NCBI GenBank assembly: GCA_963666275.2
Contig: CAXXOA010000001.1
Location: 928,001 to 992,000 of the forward strand
Source: Oceanispirochaeta sp.
Lineage (GTDB): Bacteria; Spirochaetota; Spirochaetia; DSM-2461
DNA length: 64,000 nt
Direction: 5' to 3'
In this document: one piece after another, positions 19,858 through 28,919 of the stretch
Numbering within the stretch: position 1 is the first letter of the stretch
Layout: each line of letters begins with the position of its first letter
Notes under the pieces: model-generated
Databases searched by the model: none
What the model was told of the DNA's origin: nothing
Seen by the model: the letters and a program-made list of their open reading frames with translations, nothing else
Translations under genes and position numbers: made by a program

Positions 19858-20979
19858 TCAGAATGCCAGGCTGTGGCGGTAGTGGAACAGGAGATCCAGA
19901 AAATCCCTGTTCTGCAGCGGATTCTCTTTGAAGTAGAATAGATGGGAATCGCAGCGGCAGTCGCTGCAGCCGAAACCCGGGATGATCCTGTCGGACAGCT
20001 TTTTCAGGTCCTCCGCCAGGGGGCATTCCAGATCTTTCTCCGTATAAACGGGAAAATCCTTCACCTTTACCGCAGAAGCCAGGAGATAGTCTATATGCCA
20101 TCTCTTCTTTTTCCGTTTTCTCATATGCCTGGCCACTCGGGATTTCAGATTCCTGGCGGCTGATCCCGCATAGATGTAGAATCCCCTCTGAAAGTTCATC
20201 TCCCCCAGGCTTCCCACTGTAATGGACTCTTCCTCCAGTTCGGCCATTATCATATAGATGCCGCTGTTCTCCTCCGCGGCCCTGTGAAGATCGGTCATAA
20301 CCGGGATCTCCGTAGAAATCAGAGAGAGCTCTCCCTCGGCGGTGCATGTGGTGCTGACACCATGGAAGTGCACATAGGGGGACACCTCATGAACGGTCCT
20401 GGCAAAGACAGGATCTGTATGCAGATTGGGAATAAAGGTTCTGGTTTCCCGGTTCATAATGACAAAAACCACATGGCACTCCCGGGAGGGATCCGTAGCG
20501 GCTATCTCGGCCAGCTCCTTCAGATGCCGGGAGGCTCTGTCCGACGGAGCATCGGGAAACATGGCGACCCCTTCTTCGATAAGGGTACAGGCTTTGACCT
20601 CCATGAAGATCTCTTTACCTCCCAGACGGAAATGCCAGTCAAACCGGGAGTTTCCCCATCGGTATTCAGCTTTTATCTCTTCTGCCTCGGGAAAAAGACG
20701 GGGTATGATCAGTTCTCCTGTGACGCTATTGGCCCTGGCAGAGAAAAGGGACACGGTCTGCCCCTTGTATACGGCGGCCGCCAGTGTCCAGGCTGTTTTC
20801 CTTTCAGGATCTTTTCCTTTTTCCAGGATCATGGTGCGTCCCGGATTCATAAGTTCGATAAGCCTGCCGGGATTGGGGCAGTGAGCCCTGACCGGACCTT
20901 CGGGCAGCTGGACGTTGACTATAAAGCGGTTGGGACGGTCAATCAGAGTCCCTACGGCATCGGGTGTGAATATTTTCAA
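19858..20979 (-). CDS. sfsA: SfsA nuclease fused to DUF123/GIY-YIG-like domain
   Basis: RPNRF, HCPNPGRL, MEVKACTL, FPDAPSDRA; then YIYAGSA, RWHIDYLL, GFGCSDCRCDSHL. TTG start overlaps the tlpA-family stop. Confidence 0.85.
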   Translation of the reverse strand: MKIFTPDAVGTLIDRPNRFIVNVQLPEGPVRAHCPNPGRLIELMNPGRTMILEKGKDPERKTAWTLAAAVYKGQTVSLFSARANSVTGELIIPRLFPEAEEIKAEYRWGNSRFDWHFRLGGKEIFMEVKACTLIEEGVAMFPDAPSDRASRHLKELAEIAATDPSRECHVVFVIMNRETRTFIPNLHTDPVFARTVHEVSPYVHFHGVSTTCTAEGELSLISTEIPVMTDLHRAAEENSGIYMIMAELEEESITVGSLGEMNFQRGFYIYAGSAARNLKSRVARHMRKRKKKRWHIDYLLASAVKVKDFPVYTEKDLECPLAEDLKKLSDRIIPGFGCSDCRCDSHLFYFKENPLQNRDFLDLLFHYRHSLAF

Positions 20980-21521
20980 GGTGTTTCTTCCAGGAGTTCC
21001 CTGATGGTCCGTAGGATCAGGGGATTGTCCCATGAGGCACTGTCCTTTATAACAGCAGCCACACGTCCCTTCGCGTCTATCAGGTAGGAGGCGGGGATTC
21101 CCTTGAGATTATAGGCTCCCAGATAGGTGTCATCGGGAAAGTAGTACACCGGGAGTTCCAGTTCCATATTCCGAAGGAACTCCTGCACATAGGAGATCTC
21201 TTCATTCATATTGACGGCACGGATTTTAAGACCTTCAGAATCGAGGATCCGGTGAAGCCGCTGAAGAGAGGGCAGTTCGGCCCGGCAGGGAGGGCACCAG
21301 GTCGTCCAGAAGGTGATGAGAGTCACAAGTCCCTTTTCTGGCAGAATCTCTCTGTTCTTCCCTGTCTCATCGGTGACCAGGATCTCAGGAGCCGCGGTCC
21401 TTTCTGCGGGTACGGTAAACCCCAGCTGTTTCAGCCGGCTGACATCCGCTTCGGCCGTTATCAGGGCAGAGTGCGTCAGTAAAAAAAGAAGAATCATCCG
21501 GAAAATCCAGTTTCTTTTCAT
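20976..21521 (-). CDS. TlpA-family thiol:disulfide oxidoreductase
   Basis: FWTTWCPPCRAELP, GIPASYLID, signal peptide. Confidence 0.92.
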   Translation of the reverse strand: MKRNWIFRMILLFLLTHSALITAEADVSRLKQLGFTVPAERTAAPEILVTDETGKNREILPEKGLVTLITFWTTWCPPCRAELPSLQRLHRILDSEGLKIRAVNMNEEISYVQEFLRNMELELPVYYFPDDTYLGAYNLKGIPASYLIDAKGRVAAVIKDSASWDNPLILRTIRELLEETP

Positions 21522-22195
21522 GGAAATTGTCCCCCGCTCAGATAGTTTATCAGTATTAGCAGAAAGTTGAAAAGCCCGTGGGCCATGATAAGAGAAATCA
21601 GAGAACTTCCCCGTTTGACAGCCAGGGTCAGAAACAGACCGGCTGTGAAGGAGAACAGCAGAGCGGGGACACCTTCATAGGCATGCCCGGCTGCGAAAAT
21701 CAGGCTCATATAAAACATGGATTTTCCCGGAGGGGTTCCGTTCTGTCTGAGCCTGGCATAGCCGTAGAAACGGAAGAACACCTCTTCCTGGGCCGCGCTG
21801 AACAGGCAGGTCAGGGCCGTGGGGACCAGCATGAAGCCTTTTGTAAGGAGCTGCTGGCTGTCGGGAGAGGAGAAAGGGGAGAGTATCCCTGTTACGAATC
21901 CGTAGAGGAGTATCAGCCCTCCCAGAAGGATCAGGAATTCTCTGATCCGGGGCTTTTCTCCCGTCCGGGACATTTCTTCCGGAAGTGCCTGCTGGGGCCC
22001 ATCCATCATATAGAGCACAAAAAATGTGTAGACCAGGGACATCAGGATCATCTGTATATGAAGGACAGGGGAGTCAAAATAGCCCGACTGCATCGGCCCT
22101 GTCTGATTCAGATAGGCCGGCAGGTAAAGGATAATAAAAAGAAGGGGAAATTCCGCCTGAAAAGGGATACTGAAGCTTTTTCCGGTTAGTCTCAT
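21518..22195 (-). CDS. CPBP (Abi/CAAX) intramembrane metalloprotease
   Basis: EEVFFR, FAAGH, AHGLFN; multiple TM segments. Confidence 0.88.
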   Translation of the reverse strand: MRLTGKSFSIPFQAEFPLLFIILYLPAYLNQTGPMQSGYFDSPVLHIQMILMSLVYTFFVLYMMDGPQQALPEEMSRTGEKPRIREFLILLGGLILLYGFVTGILSPFSSPDSQQLLTKGFMLVPTALTCLFSAAQEEVFFRFYGYARLRQNGTPPGKSMFYMSLIFAAGHAYEGVPALLFSFTAGLFLTLAVKRGSSLISLIMAHGLFNFLLILINYLSGGQFP

Positions 22196-22348
22196 ACTCT
22201 CTTTTTAACTGTTTTCCCCCTTTCCTCCTATCCCCGGCGGAAAAAAAATCGAAAAGTGATCGGGAAAATTGGAAAAATAGAATAAAAGGGGCAAATTGAT
22301 TATTATTTGCCCTTATGGCATTATCTGCCGAAGATAGAAGTAATATAA

Positions 22349-23530
22349 ATGAGTATTTTCAGTGTTCTCCTTATAGTTTTTATTCTCATCTCTGCGGTCC
22401 CTCTCTTTCTGGCCCTCCGGAATGGATTCCGGAATTTCAACTGGGTTGAATTCTATTCCATGGGGAAAGATGCGGGTTTCAGTTTTAAAGAGATAAGCCT
22501 TTTACGGAAGACCGCTGTGATCAATAAGCATCAGAAACCATCCTCCCTCTTCTGGTCTCTGGATGTTCTGGATAAAGCTATCGCGGGAATCCATAAAAAG
22601 AAAGATGCCGAATCAGATGCCATGGAAAAGGAGTATCTCGAATACCTCCTTAAAAAAATATACAACTACCGGAAAAAGGTGGAATTTCAGAAACCCCGTT
22701 ACAATCGCGGACTGGACAACACCTGGGAAATTCCGCTCAATCAGGTTCTCAAGCTTAAAGTGGAGATGGTCGGAGTCTATGAGTGTTCGGTCATTGAAAA
22801 CAACAGAACCTATCTCCTTGTCACCTATCCCAAAGGCCCGCCTCTTCCTGTGGGTTTCAGCTGGCGTGACAGGACTCTGAATGTCTATTTCTGGAAAAAA
22901 GAAGATGCCGGTTACTTTTTTCAGGCCAAAATACTGGAAGGGTATCCGGACCGGGACTTCAAGACTCTCCGAATGACCCATTCGGATGTAGTTCTGAGGA
23001 GCCAGAAGAGAAAATCCGTCAGAACTCCCTGTGAGATTCCTGCACAGCTCTATCCTGTCAGAAGTGTACATACAGCTACTATCATCCCCGAATCCAAACC
23101 GGGACTCCGCTGCATCCTCAAGGATATCTCCGAGGACGGGGCTTCCGTACTGATCGGAGGACGGGGTGAAAAAAATATGAGTCTGAAAATTCAGTTCACA
23201 CTCTATGACAAACCGGTGGTCATGAGGGGCGTTGTCAGGACTATCGATTATGACGGGTCCAAAAATCTCTCTCTTCTTCATATTCAGGCTGTGGAGCCTG
23301 ATGAAGAGTCCAGATATCTTATCCTCTCTCTTGTCTACAATATCTTCCGGGATGACAAGAAAAATACCGAAGCCGGAGAAACGGCAGTCCTTGCGGAGGA
23401 GCCCATTTCCGGCACTTCCGCAGATGCGGACAGTTCATCGGAACAGCAGGAGGGGGAGGATCCCGAGAATCTGGAGACTCTGGAAGCTCTGGAAGAAGAT
23501 CTGCCTTTCTTTGAATCGGATAACGAATAA
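22349..23530 (+). CDS. membrane-anchored PilZ domain (flagellar-brake-like) protein
   Basis: RKSVR (RxxxR) and DISEDG (DxSxxG); N-terminal TM; acidic tail. Confidence 0.85.
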   Translation: MSIFSVLLIVFILISAVPLFLALRNGFRNFNWVEFYSMGKDAGFSFKEISLLRKTAVINKHQKPSSLFWSLDVLDKAIAGIHKKKDAESDAMEKEYLEYLLKKIYNYRKKVEFQKPRYNRGLDNTWEIPLNQVLKLKVEMVGVYECSVIENNRTYLLVTYPKGPPLPVGFSWRDRTLNVYFWKKEDAGYFFQAKILEGYPDRDFKTLRMTHSDVVLRSQKRKSVRTPCEIPAQLYPVRSVHTATIIPESKPGLRCILKDISEDGASVLIGGRGEKNMSLKIQFTLYDKPVVMRGVVRTIDYDGSKNLSLLHIQAVEPDEESRYLILSLVYNIFRDDKKNTEAGETAVLAEEPISGTSADADSSSEQQEGEDPENLETLEALEEDLPFFESDNE

Positions 23531-23586
23531 TAGTAGTAGGTTTCCTTTACTTTTTCTCCCAATCATATTAACTTTGATTTCATGTC

Positions 23587-23602
23587 CGGCAACAGTTTTG
23601 CC
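23587..23602 (+). promoter_or_regulatory. possible sigma54 promoter or palindromic operator
   Basis: CGGCAACAGTTTTGCC has GG-N10-GC spacing and is also the inverted repeat GGCAA-N5-TTGCC. Confidence 0.4.
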
Positions 23603-23648
23603 TTATTACTTAAAGTTTGAAAAATCATGAATTAGGAGAATAGAATCG

Positions 23649-24530
23649 ATGTTGAAATCCCTGAAAATTTTATGGATTATACCTGCGGCGCTATTTCTTT
23701 ACAGCTGTGCTTCTGCTCCGGAAGAACCTGTTGAAGACTCTTTGGACAGCGGAATGGCTGCCCAGGAGAAAGCGGAACCTGAAAAGGAACTTACCTGGGT
23801 CTCTGTTACAGAAGAGGAATATTTTGTTTCTCAGGAGACCATTAAATACGGAGACGGATTTGTTGACGGCTATCGTCTGTACGAATACGACGACAATGGA
23901 CGTCTTCTGAAAAAATCCCAGATCGGTTCTGACGAGTCCGTTATTTCCGAGGAAATTTTCTTTTACGAAAACGGACTTCTCATAAACAGCGAATTCTATT
24001 CGGGAAATGAGATGATTTCCCAGTCAAGCTACTCCTATGATAAAGATAACAATCTGGTGGAAGAGTCTTTTATGAACCCCAAAGGGGAGCTGCAGGGTGT
24101 CTCTTCCTATGAATACGACAGCCGTGGCCGCCGGATCAAATGGATTTCCGGCGACAGCGGAGGCATTCCCATGATGTATACCGAATACGAGTACAATGAT
24201 GACCAGATTGTGAGAATGAGCTATTTCCTTCCCACCGGGGAGATGGAAGGCTATACCCAGCTGAGCTACGGTGATGAGGGAGTTCTCGAGGAAGCCACCT
24301 ATTCGGCTGCTTCCAAACTGGAAAAAAAGACTGAATATGTTTACAGGGACGGGACACTTGCCCAGGCCCTGTTCTACTACGGAAAGAATCTTTCCCGGAC
24401 CATTGAGTATGAATACGACAATAACGGGAATGTGAGTACAATGACAACACTGAACAGAAACGGAGATATCACAGATATTGTTGAGAAAGAGTATCTTGTC
24501 ATACCCGTGACCAGACAGGTTCTGCAGTAA
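23649..24530 (+). CDS. lipoprotein with YD-like beta-hairpin repeats
   Basis: lipobox LYSC; repeated YEYDxxG units about every 24 aa. Confidence 0.75.
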   Translation: MLKSLKILWIIPAALFLYSCASAPEEPVEDSLDSGMAAQEKAEPEKELTWVSVTEEEYFVSQETIKYGDGFVDGYRLYEYDDNGRLLKKSQIGSDESVISEEIFFYENGLLINSEFYSGNEMISQSSYSYDKDNNLVEESFMNPKGELQGVSSYEYDSRGRRIKWISGDSGGIPMMYTEYEYNDDQIVRMSYFLPTGEMEGYTQLSYGDEGVLEEATYSAASKLEKKTEYVYRDGTLAQALFYYGKNLSRTIEYEYDNNGNVSTMTTLNRNGDITDIVEKEYLVIPVTRQVLQ

Positions 24531-24543
24531 AGGAGGGCCGGTA

Positions 24544-25725
24544 ATGAGGAATAAATATCGCTTATTGTTAATAGGTCTTCTTGTCATCACGGCAGGATCC
24601 CTTTTTGCTACAGACCAGGCGGAAGTCTGGTCCCGGCTGTATCGGAGATCCATATCGTTTGAACAGAAAAAGATGGTTATGACCAACATTGTAAAAATGG
24701 ATGACCGGGCTCTGGAACCAGTTCTTATCGAAGCACTGGAAGAGATGAACGGAGATATTCAGAAGTTCAGCGGGAACATTGCCCTTATGGTGCAATGGAC
24801 CGAAATGACAAGAATGATTGTGAAAAAACTGGGTGAACTGAAGACATTGGATGCGGAGGATCAGATCTATTTCGTGGTCACTCATTCGGAAGATCCCTAT
24901 CTTATTGCTGATTCTCTGATTGCTCTGGGGAACATAAGGGCTGTGAAATACGCTGAGAATATTTCAACCATGCTGAGAAATCTCAACTTCAATACCCAGC
25001 AGACAAACAGGGACAATGCGGAGATTCAGGCTTACGGGGCTGTGATGGCTCTGATGAAAATGAGGGAACCCATCGGTTTCGAACAGGCTTTCTATGCCTA
25101 TATCGGATGGTATTCCAAGAGAACAAAAGACCTGGCTCAGGAAGCTCTCAAGTATATTACAGACGATCCTACCGAACCGATCATGGCCATTATGAAAGAA
25201 GCGGACTACAAGACGAAGAAAACAGCCCTTATGGTTGAAAAAGAGTCTTCCGCTCCGGCAGACAGTAAAACCCGAGTCGCCGTACTGGCGCTGGAGGAAG
25301 GTCTCCGGTATCAGACTTCCGACCGTATCGAACAGGATGAACTTTCAAAACTCCGTATAGAAGCAATGAAAATCCTGATTGAAAATGAAGCCGATGATGA
25401 TGCGGCGGTGCCCTTCCTGAAAGAGATCTTCAGAAGGAAAACCGATCTGAATGAGTCCCTTTATTCCCTCTATGCCCTGGGGGTTATCGGGTCTGACGCG
25501 GCTGTGAAAATCCTCGTGGACAACCTGGAAATGTACAACCATCGTCAGCAGGATGAAATTGTAGCTACCAGAGATGAGCTGGAATATATCAAGCAGATTA
25601 TCAAATCTATCGGTATGTCGGGAAATCCCCTGGGAATGGGAGTCCTGACGGAAGTCCAGTTTTCAAACTATACTCCCGCTATCAACAGACTGGCAAAAGA
25701 GGCCTCAGGCGCCCTGGGCAACTGA
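24544..25725 (+). CDS. exported HEAT-repeat protein
   Basis: signal peptide; helical repeats ALGNIRA, ALGVIGSDAAV, SIGMSGNP. Confidence 0.75.
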   Translation: MRNKYRLLLIGLLVITAGSLFATDQAEVWSRLYRRSISFEQKKMVMTNIVKMDDRALEPVLIEALEEMNGDIQKFSGNIALMVQWTEMTRMIVKKLGELKTLDAEDQIYFVVTHSEDPYLIADSLIALGNIRAVKYAENISTMLRNLNFNTQQTNRDNAEIQAYGAVMALMKMREPIGFEQAFYAYIGWYSKRTKDLAQEALKYITDDPTEPIMAIMKEADYKTKKTALMVEKESSAPADSKTRVAVLALEEGLRYQTSDRIEQDELSKLRIEAMKILIENEADDDAAVPFLKEIFRRKTDLNESLYSLYALGVIGSDAAVKILVDNLEMYNHRQQDEIVATRDELEYIKQIIKSIGMSGNPLGMGVLTEVQFSNYTPAINRLAKEASGALGN

Positions 25726-25752
25726 TCCCTTTCAATTTGCCTTTTGAAATAT

Positions 25753-25781
25753 ACCGTTCCTCCCGGGGAACGGTTTTTTTT
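25753..25781 (+). terminator. intrinsic terminator
   Basis: ACCGTTCC-N6-GGAACGGT followed by T tract. Confidence 0.7.
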
Positions 25782-25824
25782 ATCCTTTTTGAAGCACCCT
25801 TTTTCCGCTGTCCGTAAAGGGGTT

Positions 25825-27417
25825 ATGTCAAAGGCGTTTCAATCCGGGAAAATCCCCTTCAGGCTCACTCTGTTCTGTTCTCTTTCAGGTATACCCATAC
25901 TCTTTCTGTCGGATCATAACGCCCCGTCGGCGGGAGTCCTGCTTCTTCTCTGTCTCCTGGCAGCCCTTCTGCTCCCCTTCGGAAGGGACGGGTTAATTGC
26001 CGGGATTATCATTCTATCGGTCTTCTGTCTGTTTCAGATCCGGCTATACAGGAGCGGCCGGGAGTACCTTCCTTTTCCGGAGGATGATATCTGCGGGATG
26101 GAAGGTGTGCTGGCTGCAGATCCCCACTGGCGGGATTCGGATACCATGATTCTGAAGATCCGTCTGAAACGCTGCGTCAATTCCCGGGGGATTTCCGGCA
26201 GGGCAGAAGGGGAGATCTCCTACAGGCTGAAAACATCCTCCTGTACCGCTGAGGTCGGGAGGCTGGTCAGGTCCGATCCGGTGATGATGGAAGGTCCGGG
26301 GTTCTCTCTTTACAGGAAGGACCGCAGGCTCTATGCCTCCGGCGGAAGATTTTCCGGGGGGGATGCTACAGGTCCCGATGCCCGGAGAGGGAGCTTTCTT
26401 TTCTGGATGCAGAGTAAATGCAGCCTCCTTTCTCCCACGGCTGAAATCCTTCTGCCGGCGCTTCTGGCCGGCCTGGATCATCCGGGGAAAGAGAGGATTC
26501 ATCAAATCTTCAGAGAGTCCGGTACGGCGCATATCATGGCTCTCTCGGGATTTCATGCAGGCCTGATAGGGGTAGCTCTCTTTATCCTTGGCAGGATCTT
26601 TTTCGGGTTCAGAGGGGGCTGTCTCTTTTCTCTGGCCGGACTGGTCGGGTATCTCTGGCTGGCCGGTTTCACTCCCTCTCTGACAAGGGCTGTGGTCATG
26701 TACGGTCTGTTTATTGCCGCCAGGCTCTTTCACAGCCGTTTCAGTCCTGTGGCAGTTCTTCTCTGCAGTTATTATCTGACGGCTCTTATGTTTCCCTCCG
26801 CACCGCATACCCTTTCCAGTCAGCTGTCCTACCTGGCTCTGGGAGGAATTCTCCTGACGGCCCGCCGTCTGAATATCATGGCTGAGCCCTATATTCCCCG
26901 CTGGATCCGGCTTCCTCTGGCGGTATCCCTGGGGGCTCAGCTCTGGACCGCTGCTGTGGTTCTCCGTACCTTTGGAATCCTCTATCCCGCCGGCCTTGCC
27001 GCTTCTCTTGTCCTGACGCCCCTGGTGACCTTCTATGTCTATGCAGGCGTTCTCTGGCTGATTCTCCCGGCAGGGACCGTGACAGTCCGGCTGTTTTCTC
27101 TGCTGCTGGGAGGCATGGAAACGCTCATTCTCCGGGGAGCTGAGTTCTTTGCCTCCTTTCCTTCTGTAAAGAGCGGTCAAACCGGTGCAGGACCTTTTCT
27201 TCTGTTCCTGATTCCTGTATTATTACTGGAATTCTATCGACCCGGGAGACTATATGGAAAAGGAAAAACTGGATTTAAACTACGATTCGGTTTCAGAAAT
27301 CAAAACCCTGCTGGAGATGATGGGGCTGGGACCCCGCAAACGGTGGGGACAGAATTTCCTGATAAACCGGGGTGCCAGAGAGAAGATCATCTCCCTTCTG
27401 GATATTCAGGAGGATGA
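25825..27417 (+). CDS. comEC: ComEC/Rec2 competence protein (no beta-lactamase domain)
   Basis: FRESGTAHIMALSGFHAG, PSLTRA, SQLSYLA; ATG 25825 chosen because it follows the terminator. Confidence 0.85.
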   Translation: MSKAFQSGKIPFRLTLFCSLSGIPILFLSDHNAPSAGVLLLLCLLAALLLPFGRDGLIAGIIILSVFCLFQIRLYRSGREYLPFPEDDICGMEGVLAADPHWRDSDTMILKIRLKRCVNSRGISGRAEGEISYRLKTSSCTAEVGRLVRSDPVMMEGPGFSLYRKDRRLYASGGRFSGGDATGPDARRGSFLFWMQSKCSLLSPTAEILLPALLAGLDHPGKERIHQIFRESGTAHIMALSGFHAGLIGVALFILGRIFFGFRGGCLFSLAGLVGYLWLAGFTPSLTRAVVMYGLFIAARLFHSRFSPVAVLLCSYYLTALMFPSAPHTLSSQLSYLALGGILLTARRLNIMAEPYIPRWIRLPLAVSLGAQLWTAAVVLRTFGILYPAGLAASLVLTPLVTFYVYAGVLWLILPAGTVTVRLFSLLLGGMETLILRGAEFFASFPSVKSGQTGAGPFLLFLIPVLLLEFYRPGRLYGKGKTGFKLRFGFRNQNPAGDDGAGTPQTVGTEFPDKPGCQREDHLPSGYSGG

Positions 27418-28135
27418 AAAAGTCTGGGAGATCGGTCCCGGCCTGGGAGCCATGACAAAAATGGCCGCAGCCTTCCCGGCGGACCTGACGGCTTTTGAAA
27501 TCGATCCCGGCTATGTGGAATACCTGGGCCGGGCCATGGGGGAGTTCCCCAGGTTCCGCCTTGTCAGCGGTGATGTTCTCAAGACCTGGAAGAGTGAAGC
27601 CGAGAAGACGGGAAAACCCGACAAGGTGCTGGGAAACCTTCCCTACAATGCGGCATCCGCGATCATAGCGGATTTTATTGAAAACGGCATGGTCCCCTCC
27701 AGACTGGTTCTGACTGTTCAGAGTGAAATGGGCGACAGGATGACAGCCGCATACGGGTCAAAAAATTACTCCTCTTTTTCCATACTCTGCCAGTCCGCCT
27801 GTGATGTGAAAGACTGCGGTGTTCTCAATCCCGGTTCCTTTTATCCCGTTCCCCGGGTGGCTTCCCGGATTGTGATGCTCACGCCCCATAATAAGTACCA
27901 GGGGATGAAGAACCCCCGGCTTTTTCAGATGCTGATCCGGGACATCTTTGTTTCCCGCAGAAAAACCATAAGAAATAATCTCACAGCCATGGCCGGGCAG
28001 AGATTCCGGGATTTTTCCAAAGAGACCCTTTTTGAAGTGTTTGAGCAGGAAGGGGTCCCTCTCACTCTCCGTCCCGAAAAGATCCCTGTGGAAACCTATG
28101 TCAAAATTGCCGACAGACTGGCAGATCTGCAGTAG
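27254..28135 (+). CDS. rsmA: 16S rRNA A1518/A1519 dimethyltransferase
   Basis: KRWGQNFL, EIGPGLGAMT, GNLPYN, FYPVPRVAS, RRKTIRNNL. Confidence 0.96.
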   Translation: MEKEKLDLNYDSVSEIKTLLEMMGLGPRKRWGQNFLINRGAREKIISLLDIQEDEKVWEIGPGLGAMTKMAAAFPADLTAFEIDPGYVEYLGRAMGEFPRFRLVSGDVLKTWKSEAEKTGKPDKVLGNLPYNAASAIIADFIENGMVPSRLVLTVQSEMGDRMTAAYGSKNYSSFSILCQSACDVKDCGVLNPGSFYPVPRVASRIVMLTPHNKYQGMKNPRLFQMLIRDIFVSRRKTIRNNLTAMAGQRFRDFSKETLFEVFEQEGVPLTLRPEKIPVETYVKIADRLADLQ

Positions 28136-28137
28136 CC

Positions 28138-28785
28138 ATGGAACTCTGTCCCGTCTGCCGCAGCCGGGGGCAGGAATTTTTCTATCTGAAAAAGAAAAAC
28201 CGGAGTTTCCGGCTCTGCACCTCCTGTCATCTGGTTTTTCAGACCGGTGAAACTCTGCCTTCTTCCGGAGAAGAGCAGGGGCGGTATGAACTGCACAGAA
28301 ATGACGGCAATGATCAGGGATATACCCGATGGCTTGAGAGTTTTCTGGATCGGGGATTTTATCCCTGGTACAAAGGCGGGAACGTTCTGGATTTCGGAAG
28401 CGGTCCTGAACCGGTTCTGACAGATCTTCTGAATAATCAAGGCATTCAGACTGTACCTTACGATAGATACTTTCAGCCCCTGTGGCCGGAGGATCAGTCC
28501 TTCTCAATGATTATCCTGTCGGAAGTACTCGAACATCTCATAGATCCCGTCCGGGAGTTTACAAAAATTGCTTCCCTCTGCGATAGAGGGGCCCGCCTTG
28601 TCTTTCAGACAGCCTTCCGAAGGAACAGCTCCCCACAGTGGTTCGGATCCTGGTGGTACAAGGAAGATATTACGCATACACGCTTCTATAATGCGGAGAG
28701 TCTTATGGCTCTGGGTGAGCAGAGCGGGTGGTCATTGATATATCAGGACGGCAGGTCCATGGGATGCTTTCAGAAAATCAGATAG
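28138..28785 (+). CDS. class I SAM-dependent methyltransferase with N-terminal Zn ribbon
   Basis: CPVC...CTSC, LDFGSGP, EVLEHL. Confidence 0.85.
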   Translation: MELCPVCRSRGQEFFYLKKKNRSFRLCTSCHLVFQTGETLPSSGEEQGRYELHRNDGNDQGYTRWLESFLDRGFYPWYKGGNVLDFGSGPEPVLTDLLNNQGIQTVPYDRYFQPLWPEDQSFSMIILSEVLEHLIDPVREFTKIASLCDRGARLVFQTAFRRNSSPQWFGSWWYKEDITHTRFYNAESLMALGEQSGWSLIYQDGRSMGCFQKIR

Positions 28786-28891
28786 TCGGGGAATGATTAA
28801 GATAGTCGGGGAATGATTAAGATAGTCGGGGAATGATTAAGATAGTCGGGGAATGATTAAGATAGTCGGGGAATGATTAAGATAGTCGGGG
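28781..28891. repeat. 20-bp perfect tandem repeat x5.5 (GATAGTCGGGGAATGATTAA)
   Basis: five identical units 28781-28880 plus partial GATAGTCGGGG. Confidence 0.97.
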
Positions 28892-28916
28892 CTTATTGCA
28901 ATAAGCCCCGACTGTC
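28881..28916. terminator. palindromic hairpin between convergent genes (probable bidirectional terminator)
   Basis: AGTCGGGGCTTATTGCAATAAGCCCCGACT is a perfect 30-bp palindrome (28884-28913); no clear U tract. Confidence 0.6.
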
Positions 28917-28919
28917 ATA

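Noticed and set aside
23649..24530. Rhs/YD polymorphic toxin
   Set aside because: It is only 293 aa, has a lipobox, and lacks the DPxG core end, a toxin domain and an immunity gene.
28781..28891. CRISPR array
   Set aside because: The units are head-to-tail identical with no unique spacers, and there are no cas genes.
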